This document shows, in pieces, positions 25,517-37,227 of a stretch of 64,000 nucleotides of DNA. How positions within the stretch are numbered: the stretch's first letter is position 1; every line of letters starts with the position of its first letter. Below the pieces are notes generated by a model, which searched no databases, was not told the DNA's origin, and saw only the letters and a list, made by a program, of their open reading frames with translations. The translations under genes were made by a program, and so were the position numbers. This stretch comes from Camelus ferus (taxonomy: Eukaryota): contig NC_045696.1 of assembly GCF_009834535.1 (NCBI RefSeq), forward strand, positions 62,312,001-62,376,000, given 5' to 3'.

Positions 25517-28500
25517 TTCTAAGCCAAGAGCCAGTCATCTCCAGGTTGATCAGAGACCAGAGCCCGGCTCTAATTCCAGTTCAGTCTCTAACCAGTCTCT
25601 GCACGCAGGTGCAGCCCTTAAGAGGTGCCCAGTTTTTCCAGCTACGGTTGGAAATCAGAGTATCGCCACCTGTCCTGACCTGCTCAGGTTAATGGAATGA
25701 GGAAATTGTTGTTGCTGTTATTTTAGACCTGCTAAATGATAAAGCACTATGCAAATTTAGGTATTATTAAACATGAGAAAAGTGTCACTCACTCAACAAA
25801 CATTTCTTGGGCCTCTATTATATTCCAGCACTGTGCTAAGAACACAGGCACAAAAATAAATATCTCTTCCACTCCTAAACTGTCATCTTCCACAGGGAGC
25901 CTCCCCAGGGGCTCTGGAGGAAGCAACATGGTGTGCCCCCAGCCCCTGAGTTTCTGCCCTACATGGCAGCAGGAATGCCAGCTACAACCAGAGTCACCTC
26001 TGCACAGAGCAGCCAGGTGTGAGGCTCCAAGGCTTGGCTCTGAACCCCCCTAGAGGTGTCAGTCTTCCCAAATGACATGGTGTCCCATCTACAGGGGAAC
26101 CAACAGGCCTGGAACTCCTGCTGCCATTCCCACAGAGGGCCCCACCAGGAACTCCCTGTGATGCCATCTTCAAGTCCAGAGGCTGGAGGGGCTGGTACCT
26201 ACAGACATCTCTTTTTCCCACCGACAGCACACAGGCAACAGGAAAATACATACCTTGTTTTAATTTAGTCTTGGTATCGTGGTTCCTTGAACGGCCCTCG
26301 AGGCAGAGCCTGGGAGGTCTGAGCCTCCAAGGGGTGCTGACGTCTACTGCCACTACAACAGATTGGAGCTGAGGTGCACGAAAGCCAGCTGAGTGTCCTT
26401 TCCTCCTCTGGACTTTGTTAACCCTGTTGTCATCTTGCAACAACTTCAGACCCCATACCTGTGCCTCTGTCAGCATCAACCCGATGCCCTGCAGCCCCAG
26501 AAGGAGCCCTGCACTCCAGGTCAGGGAGCCCGCAGAAGCTTAGTTTGACAGCTTGGTAGCTAAGTCTTCTCATGGAGGAAAGCGAGGGTTAATCTCACTG
26601 CCTACAGCTTCCGGGTCAGCATTCAGGCCCCCAGGAGAGAAACACCACCTCCTGCCTTCTCCTGACAGACTTGCCCAGGAGTCCTCCTCTGGCCTCTGAG
26701 CTGCCTGCATGTTCTGTTCCTGACAGCAGGGATAGGGACGGTCAGTTTGTCCCCAGCTGATCCAAGAAAACCTTTCGCAACCCCCCTCAGCCCACAGCCT
26801 GCTGACTGTGGCAGTCTGCCCACTTCCAGAGCCACCTGTCCGAGGGCCAAGGCCTCACTGCCTGGGCCATACTGCCTCCCTGGCTCCAGGGTTTCTGTCT
26901 TTGTCCACGTCTGCCTTGCTGCTCAGGAACAAGCACTCTTTCCTACTGTGTGGTGCCCTTGTACCTGGTTTTTTGATAAACCCACTTCTTTCACTATCCC
27001 TTTAAACTTCCAACGGTAAGCTATTTTTTCCACTCCTAGACGAAACTTCAGGCAAGTCTTATAGATTTTCCACTCACTCTTAGATCATAGAGAACCTCTT
27101 TGTTTTGGCATAGAGTCCAGTTCAGTCTATTAATCAAATAATTCCAGCCCAGGCTGGTTGGAATACCCAAAGTCTCAAACTTGTATTCAATGTAGAGCCT
27201 GCCCTGCCCCAGGCCTGACAGGGCGCGGGGAGTGGGATGCCGGGCAGCAGGGCTGGAGGCTGTCTTTCTCACTATCTTCTACCTCCTCCTCCTCTCCTGG
27301 TCCTTAATCTCTGACCCTTTCAGCGTTGGGTGCAGGGGCTAGCCAATGGGAGGGCAAGACTTCAGTCTTCTGAGGGTGGTACCATTTTTGTTGGCCCTTG
27401 TTGCCCTGGGTCAGCAGATACACATGAGCTGGACCTCCCGCCTTAGGATACTTCTGTGGGTTCCACAGAGATCCCTCCACTGGACCATCCCCTCCTCCAG
27501 CTGGGCATCTCCTTCAGCCTGGGCTTCAGTGGGACACCCCTCTGGCTGGGGTCACATGGAACCTCCTCGGTGTCTCACTGGGCAGATGCCCTTGAGATGA
27601 CTCCAGGCAGCTCTCCCCTTGTCACATCAGGTCCAGGCAGCAGTGTCCTGCCTGGGTAGGAGGACACCCTCTCTCTATGCAGTTCTCTCTGCTCTGCCTC
27701 CAGACAAGCCACGCCAGCTCATTTTAGGGCTTTTAGACTTCTTTTGGTAAATATCAACACACCATTCTGTGACCTCCAAACTCCAAGGCACAAAAGGTAA
27801 GCTTTCCAAGAAAGCTCTCTTGAAGCACACCTCATTTCACTTGAGACCAGAGGGAAAATATCACAGCACACTAACTACTCTTGCCAACCTCTCAACCTCT
27901 TCTCCTCAAGTTACTACAACATTGAGGCAGGTGAAGGACTCATCCTGACAGAAAGGATTCACAGTCTCTCAGCACCAATTGTTAGGTGGTCTAGCACCTC
28001 AAGGCAGGATGGGAGGATGCTCAGCACGTGTTATACATGAGCATTTATCACACGTATTAGAAACACAGTGACAAGAGAAGCAAGCCTGGGGCATTGGAAT
28101 ATTTACAGCATGAGCCAAAGGAGGAGCCAGCAGAGAAGATGGAGAAAAAACGAGAGCAGGGTGTCCACGAAGTCAAGAAACAAAGCGTAACAAGCAAGAG
28201 TGGTTTGTCAGAGGCATTCAGAGCCCCACCTTCCTTTCTCAGCTTCCTTTTCCTTCAGCTACCTCAGACTCCCGGTGGTGCCTGGATATGTCACCTCCAC
28301 TCACCACAGGGAACTCCTATCTGTCCTTCCAGATGGTGATGAAATGCCACCTTGGCCCACCAAGCCTTCCCTGCACTCCCAGAGAGAGACAATCTGTTCC
28401 TTCTCTGATACAGATCTTACCACTGCCACCTCCATTCTCATTCGTGCTATGCCCCTCTTACTTACCGGACTTCAGCCACAGAGGCCTCTTGCTGTTTCTC

Positions 28501-31400
28501 TAACACCCTGGGTACACACCCTTCTCGGAGGTTTTGGCTTGGCTCTCCCGTGTTCCCCACACGTCTGCAAGACTCGCTCCTTCGCCTACTCCCAATGTCA
28601 CCTTCTCAGTGAGGTCTTTCTTCCCTCTTTAAAACCAAGCACCTCCTCTGCCACATTCACCCTCCATCTTCTTTTCCTGTTTTATTTTTCTCCATAGCGT
28701 TTATCATCTCAAGGAGAAGGTATTTACTTATTTACTGTATTCCTTGTCTATCTCCTCCCCTCATGTAGGCTCCACAGGGCAAGAACTTGTCAATGAATTG
28801 GTACAAGCTGTATCTCCAACTGAGAATATTGTTTGCTCATAGTAGGTGCTCAATAAATATTTTTGGATGAATAAATAAACAGAGCGGTAGGAGCAAAAGC
28901 CTGATCCAATTTGGGGAAAAAAAAAAATGAGAAGCAAATAAGTGAAACTATGTAGTGCCAACATCCCTCTGGGGATGCTTTTCTACAACGGGAAGCAGGG
29001 AAATGGTGTAGTAGTACACACAGGAAGTGGAGCTGTGTCGGGGTGTGTGTGTGTGTGTGCACATGTGTGTGCATGTATGCCAGAGTCGGGGGTGAATTAT
29101 GTAGGAGGGTGGAGACATCTGATGGAGCAAAGTCCTTGGGTTGGCCCGAAGCGCAAGTGGAAGGGTGACTCTAAATAAGGGCAAGCAGAATGTTTGGCAG
29201 ATGTAGCCAGACTCCATCATGCGGCTTAACATCTCAGAACTAGGTGGAGGACTGATCTCCCATTTTCAACTCCTGCAGCACTTTATCCATAGTCTGCAGT
29301 GGCTCTGACCACCTTCTGAGCTGCATAACTCATTCAGACCTCTAGTGACTTCCAGTCCCGCTAGCTTTTAATCAGAAAAGACAGACCATGACACCATAAT
29401 ACTCAAGAGGTAGACACCACAGACATAACCTGGCAGTGATCTTGTCTGGTATTCTCTTCAAAGTAACTCATAGAATTACTGCCTCAGGAGCAGAAGGACC
29501 TAAGATATCCAGTCTGACCCCCTTATTATAAGTAAGAGCAGATTGAGGCTCGGGGAGGGGAGATGTTTGCCCAGTCTTCAGGTTAGTGGCTGATCTGGGA
29601 CTAGCACACGAGGCCCCAACTCCCTCTCGAAGGCTCCTCTGTAGCACTGAGTCCAGGCGCAGCCCCTGTGGCACTGGACAAGGCAGCACAATGGTACAGG
29701 TGAACATATCAGCAAGAACTTTAAAGATACAAAACTTTTTGTGGCATCATAGCTCCTGCCAGGACCTGTTAAGGCAGGTCCTCATTATGCAGAGAACCCA
29801 TCTCTGAGCATGGCCACACCCTTCATCCCCATTAGAGAAAGTAGGCACTGCCATAGCTCTTGAGGGGAGCAATCTGGCAGATTTGAATAAATTCTAAAAT
29901 CTGCATACCTTTCCACCTAGCACTCTCACACCTAGAAATGTTTCCTAAGAATTACTAATGAAAGCACGCAAGAATAGGTACAAGACTATTCACTGTGGTG
30001 TTGTTTATAATAACAAAAGTAAGAAATAAAGTGCACAGATGAATTTCAGTTACTTTGGGGCAAGAAACTGAAATGATAAGACCCCACTTTTTTATATCAT
30101 ACACTTTTGTATTATTTGACTCTGTTATGTATATGTACTATTTTCATAATTCAGAAGGAGTAAAAATTAAAAGGACAAACTCTTCTCTGACCTGAAAATA
30201 TGCTCAGACCATAGCAATACAAATTACTTTATTATTTGTATTTATTTATATTATTGAAATTTTTACATTGAACAGATGTTGGTCTATAGATATTAAACCT
30301 AGAGTAAAAAAATTCCTTCCCAGGGTTCCTACTGCCTTCAAAATAAAGAAAAATGTCTCATCCATTGAGCAGAGAGAGAAAGTTGTCATGAATACCCATC
30401 TTCCCTTATTCTATAGCAGTAAAACCCCTGTCTTAAAGCAGGGTACATACTGTCTCAGAATACTGACTGTATTTCCCAGCCTCCCTAGCAGCCAGGTAGG
30501 TCATGTGACTAAGTTCTGGCCAATAGAATGAGAGCACAGGTGCTGTATGTAGCAACTTGTGGTCATGCCTTTAAAGAACAGTAAGAGAAGCACTCATGGT
30601 AAAAGAAATATACATTAAAACTCTACTGAGATACATTTCTCACCTATCAGATTGGCAAAAATCGAAAGTTTGAGGTACATTCTGTTGATGAAATTATGTG
30701 GAAACAGGTACTCTCATACATTACTGGTGGGAATGCAAAATTATACAACCTCTATGATAGAAAATTGGGAAATATCTTTTTAAATGATGATATATTTTAT
30801 TAACCCTTTGACCTAAGAGTAATCTTACTCATAGGAATTTACCCTAAAGATAAACCTCCAATAATATAAAAATACTTATTTACAAGGTTATTCATTGTGG
30901 CATATTTGTAACTGCAAAATACTGGAAAACATCCTAAATGCTTGTACATATATAGGAAACTGGTGGAGTAAACTGTGGAGTACTATGATGCTTTTAAAAA
31001 AAGTGAGGAAGATCTCTGAACTCATGGAGGGGTTTCCAAGATATACTGATAAGTTTTTTTAAGTATGAAAGAGCATATACAGTATGCAAACAGTTGTGTA
31101 GCAAGGGTGAAATAAAAGAGGAGAAAACATAGGAGGTGGAAGAATATTTCTTTTAAGTTTATATTTTTATATAATTTTGATTTTAGATCCTTGTTAATGT
31201 TTTACATCTTCTAAAATTAAATTAAATCAACAAGAATGAGGAGAGCAAAATACAAACAAATAAATGAATCAAACTCTTCTTCAAATTAGTAATATAATAA
31301 TAAAGAAAAAAGAATTAATCCAAGTAACTTCTAAACACAGCATTTTGTATACCTTGGTCAATAAATTAAAAAAACACTTTAAAGAAATTCTGAGCTCTAC

Positions 31401-32305
31401 TGTGGTGGCCACAGTAGGCTTCCTTTCAGGACAACCTGCTGGGTTTTTTGTTTCGTTTTGCTTTTTCGTTTATTGGGAGTTTTCATTTGTTTGTTTCAGG
31501 AACTGGTGTTTATTATCAAAGTCATATTTGATATCAACAAGATACAACTACAGAAAAACTGAACATTGATATCTCAATGCAAACAGTCAAATGGAACCCT
31601 AGCTATTAAAAAAGTAATTCAAATTAAGCAATCGAATTTTTTAAACATCTTTATGCGTATAGTCAACAAATTAAGATGGTTAACAAGAAAAATACAAATT
31701 AAGAGGTCTGGTATTGATGTTTAAAAACAGCAACTGCTTAAGCATTTCTATTGATTCAAACATCAATCTCTCGGCCACTCAGCTTCATCCCATTCATCAT
31801 CTGGCAGGCTCTCTCAGGCACCTCTGGTGACTCAAACTTAACCACACCCTACCCCCTTGGACTTCCCATTCTTCATCTTGCTGTTGGCATACAGCACAGC
31901 AGCCACATTCATTGACAGAAGGTCTCTGGCTGCTGTACCTTTAGATTCACTGTGGCATGAGTGCCATGGCCACGGCCATGCTTGCCTGGGCTGCTTTCAG
32001 CCAATGGCCAAGCATGGCAGGACTACTGGGCCATTCTTGCCCAAGGCAGATCTCCTCTAGCAAACAACCTTTGCTTGGGGACTCTCCAACATCCTAGCCG
32101 AGACTCTGACTAGACTGCAGTCTGAAGCTCTGCATAACTAATCCTCTTTCCTCCAATTTCTTTTCTCAGATCTGTATTACAATCTAAAGGATTTCCCTGA
32201 CTTTTACTGCTCCATACCTTTAGCCATTACAGGTATTTTCTAAATCAGTCTCTTGCACATCTAATCCTACTTTGGCATCTGCTTCTTGCAGGATCTGAAC
32301 TGACA
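31401..32305 (+). mobile_element. ERVL solo LTR (LTR16A-like), interrupted by the HNRNPM retrocopy
   Basis: Starts TG (tgtggtgg), ends ...ttggcatctgcttcttgcaggatctgaactgaCA, typical of LTR16A 3' ends. Confidence 0.65.
31444..31915 (-). pseudogene. HNRNPM: 5'-truncated processed pseudogene of HNRNPM (end of RRM3, 3' UTR, decayed poly(A))
   Basis: Minus-strand translation NECG..VLYANSKMKNGKSKG/GVVKFESPEVPERACQMMNGMKLSGREIDV*INRNA* matches the HNRNPM C-terminus; frameshifts; premature TGA 31758-31756; native TAA 31740-31738; AATAAA 31514-31509; degenerate A tail 31444-31496. Confidence 0.9.
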
Positions 32306-33741
32306 TTACATCATAGTAGGTTTGTTGTTTGTAACAATATGAATGGAGCAATTCTGAAGCAATTGTGTGTGTACTGTAGGATAAACCAAATTAGTAAATC
32401 TGTCAGTTAGTTGGGTATCAGGGTTCTAACCGCAGGAAAAGAAACAAATATGCAATGAGTGAAGCAGGAAGAATGCTATTGTGTTGAATTGAAATAGGTC
32501 AGTATAACCTTATGAATACTGTGTGTGATATTTACAGGAAATGTATATAGGAGACAGGATAGATATAGATATAATGTGTGCATATGTATATATGTGTATA
32601 TGATTATCTTCTAGCTCTGTCCACTGAGAGGAACAAGGAGCAGCAATGCCCTATTAGCAATGAGCCCATCTAATGCCCAGATGTTGGTTTCTAAATTCCA
32701 CTAAAAAGAACCAAGTAGAAACATATGTCTACAACGAGACATGCATGTGAGGGTTTATAGCAGCATTAGTCATAATGGCCAAAAATCCAAACATGTTTAT
32801 CCAAATATCCATCAATTAGTAAATAAATTTTTTAATGTAACATATCCATACAATAAAATACTACCCAGCAGTAAAAAGGAATGAACCACTGATAAATTCT
32901 ACAATATGGATGAATCTCAAACATATTATGTGAAGTAAAAAAAAACCAACATAAAAGACAATTCATTATATGATTCCATTTATATGAATAGTCCAGAAAG
33001 GGCAAATCTAGAGAGACAGAAATCAGTGGCTACCTAGGACTAGAGGTAGGTATGGGTAGGTGTGCAAATGATAAGGGGGAAATTTTGAAAGCTGGAAATG
33101 TTCTAAAAGTGGATTGTGATAACAGTGTCACAACTCTCTAAATTGGGGGAACTGTCCCCTAATTACTTTTGCAGCTGCATGTCCCAATGCTTCTATTTCA
33201 TGTACCCAAAATTCCACTTGATTAGTCCCAAAAGATCCTCATGCTTCCCAGCCTATGGCCAGGTTACTCCTTCTGTCTGATAGGTCATTCCTTCCAGTCT
33301 CCACCTATGACAGCATTATTCATTCTCCCTGGCCCAGAACAAATGTCACACCTTCTGTCATGCCACAGTCAGTCCCTTCTTTCAATGCATTTTCATTAAA
33401 CATTCTTTGCACAACACTGAGAGTGCTCTCCACTCTAATTCTTCCAGCTGTGTCTGTGCATGGCTGTCCCATCACCACTGGACAGTACTCCTTGGGGGCA
33501 GAGACCAGGTCTTATTCTTCTGAAGCACCTAGCAAAGTGCCAGGCACATTATTAGCATTTGGCAAATGAATGAATGAATGAATGATGCTAAAAGGAAGAG
33601 AGACTGATGTGAATGGAAAAAGTATCAGCTGTTTTAAGCAACAGATGAGCCAGTTATTAGGAAAGCAGTTAAAAAATAACTACAAATGCTGGCCCAGGTC
33701 CTGAGTAATAATGATATTAAATAAATTCTCAACTTGAAGTA

Positions 33742-35980
33742 GGATTCTGGGAAGATGGCAAAGCAGAAAGCACCAAGAATCTGTCTCCCCACCTAGACAA
33801 TAAGTGTGCTGGCAGCATCTGTCTAATGTAACAATTTTGGAACTCTAGAATCTATTGAAGGCTTGCAACTTTCTGAGGAATGCTTGTATGGTAAATTGTG
33901 GTTAATTTTGACCAATCTCACCATTTCTATTCAACATATTACTGGAAGTTGTAGCCAGAGCAATTAGGCAAGAAAAAGAGATGAAAGGCATCCAAACTAG
34001 AAAGGAGGAAGTAAAATTACTGCTTGCCAATGATATGATCTTATATGTAGAAAACCCTAAAGATTCCACAAAAATAAAATCTTGTTAGAACCCATAAATG
34101 AATTCAGAAAAGTAGCAGGATAAAAGTCAACACACAAAAAATCAGTTGCATTTCTATATACAAACAGTGAACAATCTGAAAAGGAAATTACAAAAACAAT
34201 TCCATTGACAATAGCATCAAAAAAGAATAAAATACTTAGGAATTAACTGAACCATGAAAGTGTATGTTGTTTCTTGTACAATGAAAACTATAAAACATTT
34301 CTGAAAGAAATTAAAGATGACAGAAATAAATGGAAATATATTCCGTGTTCATGGATGGAATGACTTAATATTGTTAAAATGCCAATGCTACCCAAAACAA
34401 TCTACAGATTTAATCCAATGCCTGTCAAAATTGTCACAATATTTTTACAGAAAGAGAAACACCCATCCTAAAATTCATGTGGAATCTCAAGGGACCCCAA
34501 ATAGACAAAACAATCTTGAAAAAGAAGAACAAAACTGGAAGACTCTGCCTTACTGATTTCAAAACTTACTAAAAGCTACAATAATCAAATAGTCTATTGG
34601 CATAAAGACAGACATATGAACCAATGAAATAAAACAGAGAACCCAGAAATAAACCCTCATATATATGGTCAAATGATTTTTGACAAGGGTGTCTTGACCA
34701 CTCAATGGGAAAAGGACAGTCTTTTCAATAAATAGTGCTGGGAAACTGGATATCCACATGTAAAAGAATGAAGTTGGATCCTTACCTAAAACCATATACA
34801 AAAATTAACTCAAAATGAATTAAGGACCAAAACAATAAAACTCTCAGAAGCAAACAAAGGCCCAAAGCTTCACGACATTGGATTTGGCCATGAGTTTTTG
34901 GACATGACACCAAAGGCACAGGTAGCAAAATTAAATAGGCAAATTGGACTTCATCAAAAATTTTAAAATTTGTAGATCAAAAGACTATCTGCAGAGTGAA
35001 AAGGCAACCCACAGAATGGGAGAAAATATTTGCAAATCATCTATCTGATAAGGATTTAATATCAAGAATATATACAGAAATCCGAAAACTCAACACTAAC
35101 AACAACAACAACAGAACAACCCAATTCAAAAATAGGCAAAGGACTTCAATAGACATTTCTCTAAAGAAGATGAATGAATGGGCAATAATCACATGAAAAG
35201 GTGCTCAACATCAAAAATTATGAGGGAAATGCATTTCAAAACTAAAATGAGATACCTCCTCACACCCATTAGGATGGTTACTATAAAAAAAAAAAACAAA
35301 AACAGAAAACAGTAAGTATTGGCAAGGATGTAGAGAGATTGGAACCCTTGTGCACAGTTGGTAGCAATGTAAAATGGTACCATTACTGTGGAAAACAGTA
35401 TGGCAGTTCCTCAAGCAATTAAAGATAGAATCATCATGTGATCCAGTAATTCTACTTGTGGGTAAATACTCAAAAGAACTGAAAGCAGGATCTTGAAGAG
35501 ATAATTTGTACACCCGTGTTCACAGCAGCATTATTCACATTAGCTAAAATGTGGAAGAAACCTAAGTGTCCATCAACAGATGAATGGATAAGCAAAGTAT
35601 GGTTTATACATACAAAGGACTATTACTAAGTCTTAAAAAGGAAGAAAATTCTATAATATAGTGCAGCATGAATCAACCTTGAGGATATTATGTCAAGTGA
35701 AATAAGCTAGTCATAAAAAGACAGATACTGCCTGAGCCCACTTATATGAGGTACTCAGAGTAGTCAAATTCATAGACAGAAATTGTTGCTGGGGGCTGAG
35801 GGGAGGGGAGAGTATACAGTTATTGTTTATATTAAGTATAGAGATTCAGTTTTGTAAAATGAAAAGTGCTATGGGGATGGTTGCACAACAATGTGGATGT
35901 ATTTAATACCACTAAACTGTCTACTTAAAAATGGTTGAGATGGTAAACTTTGTTATATGTATTTGACTGCAATTTTAAAA
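33742..35980 (+). mobile_element. Old L1 (L1M/L1MB-like): ~175 bp of 5' end joined to the ORF2 RT-to-3'-UTR portion; degenerate
   Basis: ORF2-like peptides (e.g. KRQPTEWEKIFANHLSDKDLISRIY, ORF 34996..35196); [26 protein letters not shown] from ~33918; typical L1MB-type 3' end. Confidence 0.9.
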
Positions 35981-36038
35981 CCCAACCAAATAATAGCTGT
36001 GTATAAGGACAGTGATGATGAAGATGACCATCTCTTAC

Positions 36039-36149
36039 CTTCATCAAGCAGCCAGCAAACACAAGGAAGCCTTCTGAGTGCAGATGCTTGGCCAAGGAGA
36101 ACCCAAATCCAGAGTCACAGCCTGTGACCAGGACAGCTTTGCTGCCAAC
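36039..36149 (-). CDS. BDH1: BDH1 coding exon 3 ([37 protein letters not shown]), Rossmann TGxxxGxG motif
   Basis: Acceptor aacag|, donor AAG|gtaag; ORF 35925..36173. Confidence 0.97.
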
Positions 36150-36824
36150 CTGTTTTAAAATGTCAGACTCCACATTAGGAACCCAGGATCCTAACTAGAT
36201 GCCCAGGCCTCCCCTGAGCAGTAATAATTAGGGCTTCCTGAGTGGGCCAGGCCTGGCCTTCCCTGCCTGTCTCTTGTTGTTTGGAGAAGCACCATAGTAC
36301 AGTAGAAGTGCCTGGACTCAGAATCAGGGGACCAGGTTCTAACTCAGACTCTGCCACCAACTAGCAAGTTCGCCTGGGGAAGCTACTTCCTCTTTCTGGA
36401 CCTTATCTAGTTTCCTAATCTACAATCACCATTATCTCCACCACCATCATCACTGTCATTTTCATCATCAGGTATGGAGTCCTTGCCATGTGCCTTCATC
36501 ATGCGTGCATTATTTTTATTTAATTCTCACAATAACTCCATATAATAAGTACGATTATTGTACCATGTTACAAGTGAGGAAACAGACATTTAAAAAATGC
36601 CCAATAAAATTAGTGATAGAGCTGGAATTGAAATTAGGACTGAGAGACTCCAGTCTAAGCTCAACCTGTAACTTCATTTGATGGGGTTGAGGGGTCATTC
36701 AGCAAGTGAGAGTGGCTCCAAGGGGCTCTAAAGCCCTGCTCTGAGGGTGGATCAGGGCCTGGGAGCCCACAGAGGAGGGCTCTGACCCCCGGGCTTGTTC
36801 CCAGGTAGCCGGGCTGCCACTCAC

Positions 36825-36897
36825 CGGGTTCACTGAATTGGCATAAGTCCGACGGCCAACAGCGACAAAGGAGGCCGAGTAAAATGGCAGTGAGTGT
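36825..36897 (-). CDS. BDH1: BDH1 coding exon 2 (HSLPFYSASFVAVGRRTYANSVNP)
   Basis: Acceptor ttgcag|, donor CCG|gtgag; contains the GRRTYA presequence-cleavage region; part of ORF 36699..36938. Confidence 0.94.
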
Positions 36898-37227
36898 CTG
36901 CAAGAGGAAAGAAGGCCATGAGCAGAGGCTGTGGTCACACCAGACCTTGTTCTCGGGGCAGAAGCAACTCAATAGACACTCAGCCACCAGTGAGCACCCC
37001 ACTACTGTCACCCCAGTCCCCTGAGGACAACCTGCTGGTACTACTGAGGAGGGGGCCCTTTTCCTCCAGGGTTACTGACCAGTCTGGTAAGAGAGCGCGC
37101 CAGCAGTTGCAGTGGCCATTTTTGCCACTGGGTGGAAAGAACCTTCCAGTGATATACCTTTGCTAACAAAGCTTTCTGCAGATTCAGTGTCTTAACCCTT
37201 AGGTTTTATGCTGCTTCCTGACAGTCT

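Larger units (their letters stand above)
30580..33145 (+). mobile_element. Old L1 (L1MC/ME-like) 3' fragments, split by the LTR at 31401-32305
   Basis: L1 3' motifs (cacctatcagattggcaaaa; aaattctgagctct...agtaggtttgtt rejoin across the LTR). Confidence 0.72.

Noticed and set aside
34317..35196. L1 ORF2-like ORFs as a functional reverse transcriptase
   Set aside because: Fragmented by many stops and frameshifts; an inactive relic.
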